Source of the DNA: a bacterium
GTDB lineage: Bacteria; UBA8248
Assembly: GCA_965200245.1 (NCBI GenBank)
Contig: CBDATS010000004.1
Location: 1,248,001 to 1,312,000, forward strand
DNA length: 64,000 bases
Direction: 5' to 3'
How positions within the stretch are numbered: position 1 is the stretch's first letter; the number at the start of each line of letters is the position of its first letter. The translations under genes and the position numbers were made by a program. The notes under the pieces are model-generated. The model was not told where the DNA came from. It made no database searches and worked only from the letters and a program-made list of their open reading frames with translations. Shown here in pieces: positions 34,124 through 44,392 of this stretch.

Positions 34124-34195
34124 AATATATGGGTATAATTCCTCATACGCCATAATGAAGAAACGAAACACGACTCCCCGCAAAAGGAGAGTATC

Positions 34196-34723
34196 ATGCG
34201 CCCGAAAAGGGAATGGGTTTTATCGTTGTTGCTGGCGGTGTTCGGCGCTTTCCTTCTGGCGGCAAGCGCCGGGGCACAGAGCCTGACACCGCCCGAGTCG
34301 CAACCTGCTCCGGAGGGGATCGCTCCCGGCCAGCCCCAGGCGGCACCTGCGCTGGCTCCGCCCGCGGCAGCGACTCCGTTGCAAGTGCCGCTTACGCCGG
34401 TGAAGCCACAGCGCCCACTGGATATCATTGTCACCATCACGCTGGCGACGGGGAAATCCGAAACCTTTGCCCGCGAGATCGACAGGCTTGAGATCGTCAC
34501 CCGTTCCGGCGGAGAGATCAAGATGATCCATCTGCTCTTGGTCACCGGCGGGGAGCGCAACACACACGTTTGGTACAACTACGCCCAGGTCGCCAAGCTG
34601 AGCTATCGCTTCGTCACCCCCGAGGGAAAGGCGAAGGTATACGTGCGACCGTTGCAGGCGTCGCCTTCGACGAGGGAGCTCACGGACAGGCTCGAACCGC
34701 TGAGCCCGCGTGAGTTTCGCTAA
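34196..34723 (+). CDS. Hypothetical exported protein
   Basis: SD AAGGAG; signal peptide ending ASAGA; Pro/Ala linker, then a beta-rich domain. Confidence 0.7.
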   Translation: MRPKREWVLSLLLAVFGAFLLAASAGAQSLTPPESQPAPEGIAPGQPQAAPALAPPAAATPLQVPLTPVKPQRPLDIIVTITLATGKSETFAREIDRLEIVTRSGGEIKMIHLLLVTGGERNTHVWYNYAQVAKLSYRFVTPEGKAKVYVRPLQASPSTRELTDRLEPLSPREFR

Positions 34724-34732
34724 GGCGCAGCA

Positions 34733-35635
34733 GTGATGAATGAGAAAGGCTACGAGAATCCAGATCTTGTCTTGACGCCGGCGCAGCTTGCCGAACGCAT
34801 TGGCGACCGCAAGGGGGACGAGCTCGTCATCATCGACACGAGGCAGGCACCGGAGTTTTGTGGAGGCCATATCGAGGGTGCCGCGCATCTGGATCTCTAC
34901 GGAATTTCGCTGAACGACACCTGTCCGCAGGCACTGGCCGCCTTCACGTGGATGCTCGCCTATCTCATGGAGATACGAGGCGTCGATTACGAAAAGACGG
35001 TAATCTTCTATCAGGAAAACTCGGGTTTCCGTTCCGCGCGCGGGTTCTGGTTCCTGGAGTATCTCGGGCATAAGGACGTTCATGTTCTGGATGGCGGCAT
35101 CGACGCATGGAAGGCCGCAGGGCTTCCCTTGACACGCGATGCCTGGCCGATGGCGGGCGGTCCCTATGAAACCGGGGTGAAGGGCCACAGGCGCATTCTG
35201 AGAACTTCATTCGCAAGCCACCTGAAACCCTTTGAAGAAGGCCGCATCGCCACGGCGGACTACATCCTGAGTCATCTGAACGATCCTGGTGTTGCAATTC
35301 ACGATACACGCTCTGAAGGCGAGTTTTTCGCCGAGAATGTCCGGGCCGCGCGCGGCGGCGCGATTCCTGGTTCGGTTCACCTCGAATGGACCGAAGCCAT
35401 CGCCGCGGACGGCTCGCTCAAGCCCGCCTCCGAAATCACGGCACTTCTCGAATCGAGAGGGCTGACGCCCGGGAGGGAAATAGTGCCGCTTTGTCAGGGT
35501 GGTTACCGATCGGCGCACGCCTATCTTGTCTATCGACTGCTCGGCTACCCGAGAATCCGGAACTATCTCGGTTCCTGGAAAGAGTGGGGAGACAAGAAAT
35601 ATCTGCCTATCGAAGTCCCCGAGCGAAGCGCCTAG
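34733..35635 (+). CDS. Double-domain sulfurtransferase (rhodanese)
   Basis: GHIEGA, LDGG..AW, GAIPGS, CQGGYRS, YLGSWKEW. Confidence 0.92.
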   Translation: MMNEKGYENPDLVLTPAQLAERIGDRKGDELVIIDTRQAPEFCGGHIEGAAHLDLYGISLNDTCPQALAAFTWMLAYLMEIRGVDYEKTVIFYQENSGFRSARGFWFLEYLGHKDVHVLDGGIDAWKAAGLPLTRDAWPMAGGPYETGVKGHRRILRTSFASHLKPFEEGRIATADYILSHLNDPGVAIHDTRSEGEFFAENVRAARGGAIPGSVHLEWTEAIAADGSLKPASEITALLESRGLTPGREIVPLCQGGYRSAHAYLVYRLLGYPRIRNYLGSWKEWGDKKYLPIEVPERSA

Positions 35636-36150
35636 CCACCCTTAATGATGCGCACGACTGTCTGCGCGACAACACCCGCCAGAGGCGGAATCCAGAACAC
35701 CGAGATGACGCGGAAGGTGAAAAACTCCGTTCCGAGGATGGGGATTTCATACGCGAATGCGCGGACCGGGCCTATCAGGGCCGATGCGGTGAGCATCGTA
35801 ATCATCGGCCCGAAACCTGCGCCTCCCTGCATGAGTCCGGCCACGAGCGGATAGAGGACGAAGGGCGCACCCATGGGAAACATGAACCCCGCCAGCCAGC
35901 CGATGAATATCCCGCGCCAGCCGGAGCGATCGGAGAGCCAGTTCTGCAGGATTTCCCTGGGCAGGATGTCGGCGATTAGCGCGCCTATGAACATACCGAG
36001 AATGAGCTTCGGAAGGATGGTCACGATGAGGCTTCCTGCACGACCCGCTGGAGCCCAGGGCAGTTCGCCGGTTTTCTGATACGCGAGGAACGCCAGGAGC
36101 AGCGCAATGCTCGCGAGAAAAAGGGAACTCTTGTCGAAAATGCCGGACAT
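35632..36150 (-). CDS. Small predicted permease (DUF318-like half)
   Basis: Multiple TM helices; PREILQNWL, GAPFVLYP, GAGFGP. Confidence 0.7.
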   Translation of the reverse strand: MSGIFDKSSLFLASIALLLAFLAYQKTGELPWAPAGRAGSLIVTILPKLILGMFIGALIADILPREILQNWLSDRSGWRGIFIGWLAGFMFPMGAPFVLYPLVAGLMQGGAGFGPMITMLTASALIGPVRAFAYEIPILGTEFFTFRVISVFWIPPLAGVVAQTVVRIIKGG

Positions 36151-36308
36151 GTTCGATCCTCATGAAAAGTGAGCCGCAAAAACGCCGGAAAAGTCCACTC
36201 GGCAGGAATCGTGAGTATAGCCCCAAGGGCCGCAGAGAGTGAACCGATTCAGCCGATCCCTGTCTGGATGGCGAAGCAGTTGATCTGCAAGGATTCGGGG
36301 AAGGGAAA

Positions 36309-37580
36309 ATGAAAGGGGTCTACCTCACTGCTTCGCTGGGTGGAATCGGCGGGCGCCTGCGTGCTAGGCGTGAGGATTTTCGGGTCGAGGAGATTCCCCT
36401 CGCACCCCCGAGCGGTGATGGGGAGTATCTCCACTTGTGGGTGGAGAAGCGTGGTGTCTCGACCATCCACGCGTTGCGCTCCCTGTGCCGCGTATTGCAT
36501 GTCCCCGAGGCGGAAGCGGGCTATGCGGGACTCAAAGACACCGACGCGGTAACGAGGCAGTGGTTTTCCTTCAAGACGAAAATGCAAGAGGCCCCTGTCG
36601 CCCCGAGTCTGGAGGATATCGGGATACGGGTACTGGGAACCGCCAGGTCTCGAACCCTTATCCGGCGCGGCGCGCTTGGGGGCAATCGTTTCGATATATT
36701 GATTCGAGACGCCCTGCCTGAGTCGGAGCCTGTGGCACGCGAGATTTTGGATTGCCTCGCAGTGCGCGGGCTGCCCAATGCGTTCGGCGATCAGAGGTTC
36801 GGGGTTCACGGCCATACGGCGCGAATCGGACTTGCGCTCGCGAAAGGGAACTGGCGAGATGCGCTTGATTCGCTCCTTGGTTTCGCCAGGCTGTCTTTTG
36901 CGCCGAAGCGTGTCGATGAGCGGCTTTCCGAGGCAGTCCGAAGGTATGAAGCGGGCGATTTCGGTGGAGCACGGAAACTCTATCCCCTTTCTTGGGAGGC
37001 GGAAAGACGCGCCCTCGCCAGCCTGGCGGCAGGCACCTCGCCCCGGCAGGCGACGGCTTCGATTCCCCTGAGGGAACGGATATTGTATGGCGGTGCGTTT
37101 CAGGCCGCTGTGTTCAATTCGTGTCTGGCAGAAAGGCTGGAAGCCGACGCACATGATCGCATCTTGGCGGGCGACGTGGTTTTTCACCACGAATCGGCCA
37201 AAACCAGGAGAGTGAGTACACCCGAGGTGCAGACGCACTCGCTTGAGCGCTTCGAGGTGAGTCCTGCGGGGCCTCTCATAGGCCAAAAACTCATCGAAGC
37301 CCGCGCAGGGGCGGGAAAACTCGAACGAAGCGTGCTAGACTCCCTGGGCGTCGGGGGGCCGGAGGTCCTCGACGGATTGAAGCGTCTCAGGCTTTATGGC
37401 TCCAGACGCCCGTATCGCGTACAAATGAAAGAGGTAAGCCTGAAACCGGACGAGGAGGGCCTGCGCCTCGGCTTCACCCTGCCGCCGGGTGCGTATGCAA
37501 GCGAAGTATTACGGGAGTTGACAAAGAACGAACCCCCGGTGGGCGCCGTCACGCGCATCGGGGAAGGGGGAGGTAGTTGA
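36309..37580 (+). CDS. truD: tRNA pseudouridine(13) synthase TruD
   Basis: EDFRVEE, YAGLKDTDAVTRQW, GNRF, PNAFGDQRFG, FTLPPGAYA. Confidence 0.93.
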   Translation: MKGVYLTASLGGIGGRLRARREDFRVEEIPLAPPSGDGEYLHLWVEKRGVSTIHALRSLCRVLHVPEAEAGYAGLKDTDAVTRQWFSFKTKMQEAPVAPSLEDIGIRVLGTARSRTLIRRGALGGNRFDILIRDALPESEPVAREILDCLAVRGLPNAFGDQRFGVHGHTARIGLALAKGNWRDALDSLLGFARLSFAPKRVDERLSEAVRRYEAGDFGGARKLYPLSWEAERRALASLAAGTSPRQATASIPLRERILYGGAFQAAVFNSCLAERLEADAHDRILAGDVVFHHESAKTRRVSTPEVQTHSLERFEVSPAGPLIGQKLIEARAGAGKLERSVLDSLGVGGPEVLDGLKRLRLYGSRRPYRVQMKEVSLKPDEEGLRLGFTLPPGAYASEVLRELTKNEPPVGAVTRIGEGGGS

Positions 37581-38485
37581 ACATGAAGGTTTTTCTGACG
37601 GGCGGAACGGGATATGTCGGCGGCACGCTTCTGTCGCTTCTGTCGCTGGCGGGTCATGAGATAAGGGTACTTTCGCGTGACCCCGAACCGGCGAGGCAAC
37701 GCCTCACCTCGACAAGCGGGGTCTATCCCGTACGCGGTGACATCACCGCCTATTCTGTCGATCAACTCGCCGAGTTGATGAAGAAACAGGACGCCGTGGT
37801 CCACCTGGTGGGTATCATCATCGAGAAAGGAACGCCCGGTTTCGAGACGGTCCATACCGAGGGCACACGCCGGATCGTGGCCGCCGCCGAGCAGGCAGGA
37901 GTGAAGCGCTTCGTGCACATGAGCGCCTTGGGTACCAGGGAAAACGCCGTCGCCCGCTACCACAAAACGAAATTTGCTGCCGAGCAGTTCGTTCGCGAGA
38001 GCGAGCTGGAATGGACGATATTCAGGCCATCCATCATCTTCGGCGAGAACGACGAGTTTTTGAATACTTTCGCCGGCATCGCGCGAATGGCGCCCGCCCT
38101 TCCCCTCATCGGCGGGGGGAAAGGAAAGCTCCAGCCCATATGGGTGGAGGACGTGTGCCGATGCTTCGCGCAGTGCCTGAGCATGCCTGAAACTGTCGGG
38201 CAGACTTACGAAATGGGCGGAGACGCCGCCTATCCGATCAAGGATATCCTTTCCATGCTGGTCAAGGCGATGGGCAAGAGAAGGCTGCTCGTGAGTCTGC
38301 CCACGCCCATCGCGCGCCTGCAGGCCAGGTTGTTCAACCTGCTCCCGATGAAGCCCCCCTTCACCGAGGATCAGATAACGATGCTGGGTGAGGACAATGT
38401 ATGCGATCCGGCGCCCATGAAGGAGGTCTTTGGCCTGACGCCCAGGACGCTTGAGAGTTATCTGGCAGAACGGTTCGGGGGCTAG
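37577..38485 (+). CDS. NDUFA9-like NAD(P)-dependent epimerase/dehydratase
   Basis: TGGTGYVG, HMSALG, YHKTK, RPSIIFG, QPIWVEDV. Confidence 0.85.
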   Translation: MNMKVFLTGGTGYVGGTLLSLLSLAGHEIRVLSRDPEPARQRLTSTSGVYPVRGDITAYSVDQLAELMKKQDAVVHLVGIIIEKGTPGFETVHTEGTRRIVAAAEQAGVKRFVHMSALGTRENAVARYHKTKFAAEQFVRESELEWTIFRPSIIFGENDEFLNTFAGIARMAPALPLIGGGKGKLQPIWVEDVCRCFAQCLSMPETVGQTYEMGGDAAYPIKDILSMLVKAMGKRRLLVSLPTPIARLQARLFNLLPMKPPFTEDQITMLGEDNVCDPAPMKEVFGLTPRTLESYLAERFGG

Positions 38486-38521
38486 CCGGGCATACTCCTC
38501 AACGGAGCCCAACCCCGGGCC

Positions 38522-39664
38522 TTATCGCGCACGGTTTCCCTCCGTACCAGGGAGTGCAAGCTTGGCAGCGTGCCATGCCGTCCGCTGGGCAGTGGAGACG
38601 GCGAGCACGCGAGAATCCTCCTCGGAAACCCACAGAAAATCCTCTTGCTCGGCCACCGGTGCATCTTTCTCGCAATTTTCCGCCAGATGCACGGCGAACA
38701 GGATCTTTCTGTGCGTCAGGATTCTCATGGTTCTGGCCAACTCACGCACCGGCACCCAGCCCGGCCCCAGCAGCCTTGCGCATTCCGCTTTCAGGCGGCG
38801 CGGGTCGGCCTTTTCCAGATGGCCCTTCTCCATGAAGCCGGGAAGTTCCCACATGCCGCCGAACAGGCCTGTCTTCTCCCTTTGGCTCAGAAGGGCGTGT
38901 CCGTCACGCACCGCCAGGAACTGGAAGAGGGTATACGTCGCAGGCGGTTTTCTGGCGGTTTTGACCGGCAGGGCGTTCTGTGTTCCGGCCCGATGGGCCG
39001 CGCACAGATTTCGGACAGGGCATTGCGCGCAATCAGGATTTTTGGGGAGGCAGATTCTGGCACCCAAGTCCATTAGCGCCTGGTTGAAGTCGCCCGGCCT
39101 TGTGCGCGGTACGAGCGACTGTGTTTCCTCGCGGACGACTTTTTGGGCAGGCGGAGCGTCTATGGGATCAGGGAGGTTCAGTATCCGGCTCATGACTCGC
39201 AGGACATTCCCGTCGATGGCAGCGCATGGTTCCCCGAAGGCGATGCTGGCGATCGCCCCTGCCATATAGGGCCCGACCCCCGGAAGAGCCAGCATCGCAT
39301 CGCGCGTATCAGGCATCCTGCCCTCGTCACGTACCTGTTGTGCGGCACGGTGCAAGTTTCTCGCGCGGGTGTAATAACCGAGCCCCTGCCATTCGGCCAG
39401 CACGGCGTCCAGCGGCGCGTCGGCAAGAGAAGCGAGAGAAGGGAAGCGATTAATGAAAGCCGGGTAGCGGCCCCGTACGGTCTCCACCCGGGTCTGCTGG
39501 AGCATGGCTTCCGACACCCAGATGCGGTAGGGGTCTTTCTCCCCGCGCCAGGGGAGTTCTCTCTTCTCCCGCTCGTACCAGCTCAGGATGCGCCTTTTGA
39601 ACCTTCTCTGCCCGGAAGGAGTGTGCAGCGGGGCTCCGGGCTTGCTTTTCGGTTTGTTTGACAT
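38522..39664 (-). CDS. mutY: A/G-specific adenine glycosylase MutY
   Basis: RELPWR, SEAMLQQT, WQGLGYY.RA, LPGVG, DGNV.RV, C-x6-C-x2-C-x5-C. Confidence 0.95.
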   Translation of the reverse strand: MSNKPKSKPGAPLHTPSGQRRFKRRILSWYEREKRELPWRGEKDPYRIWVSEAMLQQTRVETVRGRYPAFINRFPSLASLADAPLDAVLAEWQGLGYYTRARNLHRAAQQVRDEGRMPDTRDAMLALPGVGPYMAGAIASIAFGEPCAAIDGNVLRVMSRILNLPDPIDAPPAQKVVREETQSLVPRTRPGDFNQALMDLGARICLPKNPDCAQCPVRNLCAAHRAGTQNALPVKTARKPPATYTLFQFLAVRDGHALLSQREKTGLFGGMWELPGFMEKGHLEKADPRRLKAECARLLGPGWVPVRELARTMRILTHRKILFAVHLAENCEKDAPVAEQEDFLWVSEEDSRVLAVSTAQRTAWHAAKLALPGTEGNRAR

Positions 39665-39739
39665 GCGTGGGGCCAGCCGTTATCAAGCGGTATAGGGTTT
39701 TCAATCACAGCGCTCGAAGTTTCGGGGTAATAATAGAAC

Positions 39740-40912
39740 ATGAGCGTGGCGAAAAAAAACAGATGGAGCATCGGGCAGATGGTGTTGCTGGTGGCCTTTT
39801 TTTACGCCTTCGCTCTGGCTGTGGGTGCGGCCCCGGTGGAGAGACTCGCCGTCGGTATCGTACTCGACCTGTCGGGCCCGGGCGCTGATGCAGGCCGGGA
39901 GGCACGCAATGCGGTTCTGATCGAAATGGCGCGAATCAACCGCCGGGGCGTCGCCGGCGGGCGCATGTCTCTCCTCACCCGGGACACCAGGGGAAACCCC
40001 CAGGTGGCGGTCGCCGCTGTCCGCGAACTGGCACGCAAGCGTGAGGTCGTTGCCGTAATCGGACCAATCGAGCATTTTGCCGTCATCGCCGCTGCCGAGG
40101 CAGCGCAAGAAGAACGGATTGCGCTTTTCTCGCTGGCAGCGCCCGAGGAGATTCTCGTGCCGCCGCGCAGATGGGTGTTCTCCACCGCGATTCCGGCGTC
40201 CCTGACCGTTCGCATGATACTGGGGCATCTCAAGAGCAAGGGGATCAAGCGCGTGGCGATGCTGGGCTCCTCCCTGGGCTACGGTACAGAGGGGCGTGAG
40301 CAAATTACCGCGCTGGCGCCCGATTTTGGCGTGTCCATCTTGTTGAACGAATCCTTCAAGCCGGGCGAGCATAATTTTCTGCCATTCCTGAAGCACGCCT
40401 CACTGCGCGGTGCGGGAGCCTTCCTGCACTGGGCGCGGGGAGATACTCACCTGGATCTGGTGCGCGCCCGCGCTGCACTCGACCTCGATTTGCCGATCTA
40501 CTTCTCTCGTGCGACACCGGGAATGTTCGGCACCCAAAGTGGTGGCCGGGCCGCAGAAGGGGTGGTGTTTCCGGCCTCGTGGATTGTAGCGGCTCATCTT
40601 CTGGCTGAGTCCCACCCCGCCAAAAAGGGCCTCATGATGTTTCGGAACGAGTATCTGAAGGCCCACAAAGACGCGCCGGGTGAGGCGGCCGCCACCGCCG
40701 CCGACGCGCTGAGCCTTCTTGCTTGGGCGGCGCGTGGCGTGGGGGCAAGCCGGGCGCGAATTCCCGAAGGTGTGGAGGAGGCACGCTATTACATGGGACT
40801 GAACGGGACCTACGGGTTTTCAAAAAACGACCACAGCGGCATGAACGCTGACTCGCTCGTGCTCGTGCAGGTGCGAAAGGGCAGGCGGGAACTGGTGGAA
40901 AAGGGGAGGTAG
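39740..40912 (+). CDS. Branched-chain amino acid-type ABC substrate-binding protein (orphan)
   Basis: Signal peptide; DLSGP.A..G, IN..GV.G, D..G.P LivJ-like motifs. Confidence 0.8.
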   Translation: MSVAKKNRWSIGQMVLLVAFFYAFALAVGAAPVERLAVGIVLDLSGPGADAGREARNAVLIEMARINRRGVAGGRMSLLTRDTRGNPQVAVAAVRELARKREVVAVIGPIEHFAVIAAAEAAQEERIALFSLAAPEEILVPPRRWVFSTAIPASLTVRMILGHLKSKGIKRVAMLGSSLGYGTEGREQITALAPDFGVSILLNESFKPGEHNFLPFLKHASLRGAGAFLHWARGDTHLDLVRARAALDLDLPIYFSRATPGMFGTQSGGRAAEGVVFPASWIVAAHLLAESHPAKKGLMMFRNEYLKAHKDAPGEAAATAADALSLLAWAARGVGASRARIPEGVEEARYYMGLNGTYGFSKNDHSGMNADSLVLVQVRKGRRELVEKGR

Positions 40913-40968
40913 GGGGCAGCGCGCGTGGCTCGATGTACGCATAGGCATGGATCATATCGCTTATCTTC

Positions 40969-41029
40969 TTGACACGAGCCTGTATCGGGCGTATACATAC
41001 GACTGGTCGGGTCGGCGACCATTTTAGTC
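40969..41029 (+). promoter_or_regulatory. Sigma70-type promoter with two Rrf2/IscR type-1-like operators
   Basis: TTGACA (40969) and TATACA (40992), 17 bp apart; GAC-N7-GTC at 41001-41013 and 41017-41029. Confidence 0.55.
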
Positions 41030-41112
41030 GCATATGGCTTGAGAAAGGCACCGCTGGCTTCCAGGCAGCCGAATTTGACGACAACCCTTTATGGTTCAAG
41101 GTGGCATGGAGC

Positions 41113-41538
41113 ATGTTCACGATTGCGAAGCGCACGGATTACGGCCTGATGGCGCTCTCCTGCCTTGCGGAGCAGGAAGAGAGCGAGGCCATCACCTCGC
41201 GCGCCATCGCGGAGCGGTTCTGCATTCCCACCGAACTGCTTGCGAAGACGATGCAGCTTCTGGCAAAAAACGGAATCGTGGAATCGAGAAACGGCCCCAA
41301 GGGCGGCTATGTTCTCTCACGCAGGCCCGAGAGCATCTCGGTGGCCGAGGTCATCCGGGCTATCGAGGGACCCATCGCGATGGCGACGTGCCAGGTCGGC
41401 GACGCCGCAGGCTGTGAACAATACGAGAAATGCACCATTTTTTATCCCATGGAAAGGATTCAGAAAAAGGTGACCCACCTGCTTGAGGGCATGAGCCTGC
41501 TCGATATGGTGGGTACGCCTGCAGGAGAGATCAGATGA
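41113..41538 (+). CDS. Rrf2-family regulator (IscR-like)
   Basis: DYGL, S..GPKGGY.L, three Cys (C-x7-C-x5-C); leads the isc operon. Confidence 0.9.
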   Translation: MFTIAKRTDYGLMALSCLAEQEESEAITSRAIAERFCIPTELLAKTMQLLAKNGIVESRNGPKGGYVLSRRPESISVAEVIRAIEGPIAMATCQVGDAAGCEQYEKCTIFYPMERIQKKVTHLLEGMSLLDMVGTPAGEIR

Positions 41539-42755
41539 GCTTGAAGTTCCCCATCTATATGGATTATCAGGCGACGACGCCCATGGACCCCCGGGTTCTC
41601 GAAGAGATGGAGCCCTATTTCGGCGACAAGTTCGGAAACGCCGCGAGCCGAAACCACAGCTTCGGCTGGGAGGCGGAAAAGGCCGTGGACGGCTCCAGGG
41701 AGAGACTTGCATCCGTCATAGGCGCGGATCCGCGCGAGATCATCTTCACGAGCGGGGCCACGGAATCGGACAACATGGCGCTCAAGGGTGTTGCCGAGAT
41801 GTACAGGAAAAAGGGCAATCACGTTGTCACCTCGGCAATCGAGCACAAGGCCATCATCGACTCCGCCAAGCGCCTGGAGAAGCGGGGGTTCGACGTCACC
41901 TACATCGAGCCTCCCGAGGACGGCATCACGACGGCGGAGATGATCGAGGAAGCCCTGCGCGACGATACCATACTCGTCTCCATCATGGCGGCGAACAACG
42001 AGGTCGGCGTGCTCAATCCCATTGCCGAGATTGGCGCGCTGTGCCGGGGTCGCGGCATCCTCTTCCACACCGACGCCACGCAGGGCTTTGGCAAAATTCC
42101 CATCGATGTGGAGGAGATGAACATCGATCTCCTCTCGGCCACCGCACACAAGATTTACGGCCCCAAGGGAGTGGGGTTGATTTACGTTCGCAGGCGCAGG
42201 CCGCGCGTGCGACTTTCCGCCATCATCGACGGCGGCGGCCACGAGCGAGGCATGCGCTCGGGCACGCTGAACGTCACAGGCATCGTCGGCTTCGGCAAGG
42301 CGGCCGAGTTGTGCATGGAAGAGATGGAGGAGGAACATATCCGCCTTACGAACCTGCGCGAGAAGTTCAGGGCCACCATGTTCGAGAGCCTGGAAGACGT
42401 ATACGTGAACGGCCATGAGACCAGGCGACTCTCGGGCAACCTGAACCTGAGTTTCCCCTACGTGGAGGGCGAATCGCTCATCATGGGACTCAGCGACGTG
42501 GCCGTTTCTTCGGGTTCGGCCTGTACCTCGGCAAGCTTGGAACCAAGCTACGTGCTCAAGTCCATGGGCCGGGGTGACGAGTTGGCGCACTCCTCGATTC
42601 GCTTCGGTTTCGGGCGTTTCACCACCGAGGAGGAAATTGACTATGTGGCCGAGAAGACGACGGACATCGTGAACCGGCTTCGCGAGATGAGCCCGCTGTA
42701 TGAGATGGTAAAAGAGGGTGTGGACCTCTCCAAGGTGGAGTGGCAGTCGCACTAG
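41535..42755 (+). CDS. iscS: Cysteine desulfurase IscS
   Basis: [34 protein letters not shown]. Confidence 0.97.
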   Translation: MSLKFPIYMDYQATTPMDPRVLEEMEPYFGDKFGNAASRNHSFGWEAEKAVDGSRERLASVIGADPREIIFTSGATESDNMALKGVAEMYRKKGNHVVTSAIEHKAIIDSAKRLEKRGFDVTYIEPPEDGITTAEMIEEALRDDTILVSIMAANNEVGVLNPIAEIGALCRGRGILFHTDATQGFGKIPIDVEEMNIDLLSATAHKIYGPKGVGLIYVRRRRPRVRLSAIIDGGGHERGMRSGTLNVTGIVGFGKAAELCMEEMEEEHIRLTNLREKFRATMFESLEDVYVNGHETRRLSGNLNLSFPYVEGESLIMGLSDVAVSSGSACTSASLEPSYVLKSMGRGDELAHSSIRFGFGRFTTEEEIDYVAEKTTDIVNRLREMSPLYEMVKEGVDLSKVEWQSH

Positions 42756-42846
42756 CTAAAGGAGCATTCCGGGCGTGTTATTCGTATAGAGCCTGCAGTT
42801 CACGGAAACCCTGAATTGCAGCGATTTGGAAAAGGAGAACAGAAAA

Positions 42847-43257
42847 ATGGCCTACAGCGACAAGGTAGTCGATCACTACAATAATCCGCGCAACGTCGGC
42901 TCGCTCAACAAGAACGACCAGGCGGTGGGCACGGGTATCGTCGGCGCACCCGAATGCGGCGACGTGATGAAGCTCCAGATCAAGGTGAGCGAGGGCGGCC
43001 TCATCGAGGACGCGAAGTTCAAGACCTTCGGCTGCGGAAGCGCCATCGCGTCGAGTTCCTTGGCCACCGAGTGGCTCAAGGGCAAGACGGTGAATGAGGC
43101 CGAGGAAATCAGGAACACGCAGATCGTCGAGGAACTGAACCTCCCGCCGGTCAAGATCCACTGCTCTGTGCTGGCCGAAGACGCCATCAAGACCGCGCTC
43201 AACGACTATCGCGAGAAAAACGGCATGCCGGTCGTCGAGCGCAAGGGCCACCACTAG
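42847..43257 (+). CDS. iscU: Fe-S cluster scaffold IscU
   Basis: MAYSDKV.DHY.NPRN, CGDVM, GCGSA, LPPVKIHC. Confidence 0.97.
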   Translation: MAYSDKVVDHYNNPRNVGSLNKNDQAVGTGIVGAPECGDVMKLQIKVSEGGLIEDAKFKTFGCGSAIASSSLATEWLKGKTVNEAEEIRNTQIVEELNLPPVKIHCSVLAEDAIKTALNDYREKNGMPVVERKGHH

Positions 43258-43288
43258 AAGCGGACGACTCGCAGGGGAGGAGCAGGAT

Positions 43289-43645
43289 ATGGAAATCACT
43301 GCGAAGAAACCGGGCATCGAAATCTCCGACAAGGCCGTGGATCACGTGAACCGCTTCATGGAGAAAGAGGGTGCGCAAGGCAAGGTTCTCCGCGTCGGCG
43401 TAAAGGGAGGCGGTTGCTCCGGGCTTTCCTACGTCCTTCAGTTCGAGGGCGAGGAGCGCATCAACCCTCTGATGGACGAGGTGTTCGAGAAAGGCGGCGT
43501 TCGTGTGGCCGTGGACAAGAAGAGCCTGTTTTTCTTGACCGGCACTACGCTCCATTACGAGGATGGACTGATGGGCAAGGGATTTACGTTCAAAAATCCC
43601 AATGCCCGCCAGTCCTGCGGTTGCGGAGAAAGCTTTTCCGCGTAA
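43289..43645 (+). CDS. iscA: Fe-S cluster assembly protein IscA/HesB
   Basis: GGGCSGLSY, NPNA..CGCGESF. Confidence 0.93.
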   Translation: MEITAKKPGIEISDKAVDHVNRFMEKEGAQGKVLRVGVKGGGCSGLSYVLQFEGEERINPLMDEVFEKGGVRVAVDKKSLFFLTGTTLHYEDGLMGKGFTFKNPNARQSCGCGESFSA

Positions 43646-43729
43646 CGCAACCAGGATGAAACGCGCCGCGCCCATGCCACATGGGATAGCGACGCGTTTT
43701 TCTTTTGTGTTCAAGCAGCCCGTCGCTCT

Positions 43730-44392
43730 ATGCGGGCCTGGAATCGCGTGATGAATGAAATGACGAGAGAACCCCCTTTCTCGGTCTTCAACGAAGAGGG
43801 CGAAATCGAGACGATTCCCGCCGGGGTGGATCATTTTGCCCTGTTGGGGCTGGAGCGCAGGTGCGGCATTGACGCCGAGGCGCTCGAATCGGAGTTCTAC
43901 GAACTGAACCGCAAGCTCCACCCCGATTTTTTCATGAATGCGCCCGCCTCGGTACGAATCCGGAGCCTGGACGCAACAGCCCGAATCAACGAGGCGTACC
44001 GGATCCTCAAGGACCCGGTAGCGCGTGTCGTCTATCTCGTGCAGATCGAAAGCGGAAAACTCGCCGAGAACGAGAGAACGCCCCCGCCCGAACTTTTCGA
44101 GGCGATATTCGAGGCGCAGGAGGCGGTCGAGGAGTTTCAGTGCTGCATGGACGAGGAGGAGGCCGAGAGCTTGCGCGAGCGCCTGAACGCGGCCATGGGG
44201 TGCTTTTCGGCCCTTCGGGACGGACAGCACGCGGCGCTTGAAAAGCTGGGAACCGCTTGGGACAAGGCGCTTGAGAAAGATGAATCCGTCCCGACCGATG
44301 TAGTGAAGAAGATGCGCTCCGTTCTCGGACAGAGGAACTACATCGAAAACACCCTCGCGAGCCTCAAGCGCACGCTGGAGGAAAGCGAATGA
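43730..44392 (+). CDS. hscB: Fe-S co-chaperone HscB
   Basis: DHF.LLGL, J-domain HPD, INEAY.IL.DP..R; start uncertain. Confidence 0.9.
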   Translation: MRAWNRVMNEMTREPPFSVFNEEGEIETIPAGVDHFALLGLERRCGIDAEALESEFYELNRKLHPDFFMNAPASVRIRSLDATARINEAYRILKDPVARVVYLVQIESGKLAENERTPPPELFEAIFEAQEAVEEFQCCMDEEEAESLRERLNAAMGCFSALRDGQHAALEKLGTAWDKALEKDESVPTDVVKKMRSVLGQRNYIENTLASLKRTLEESE

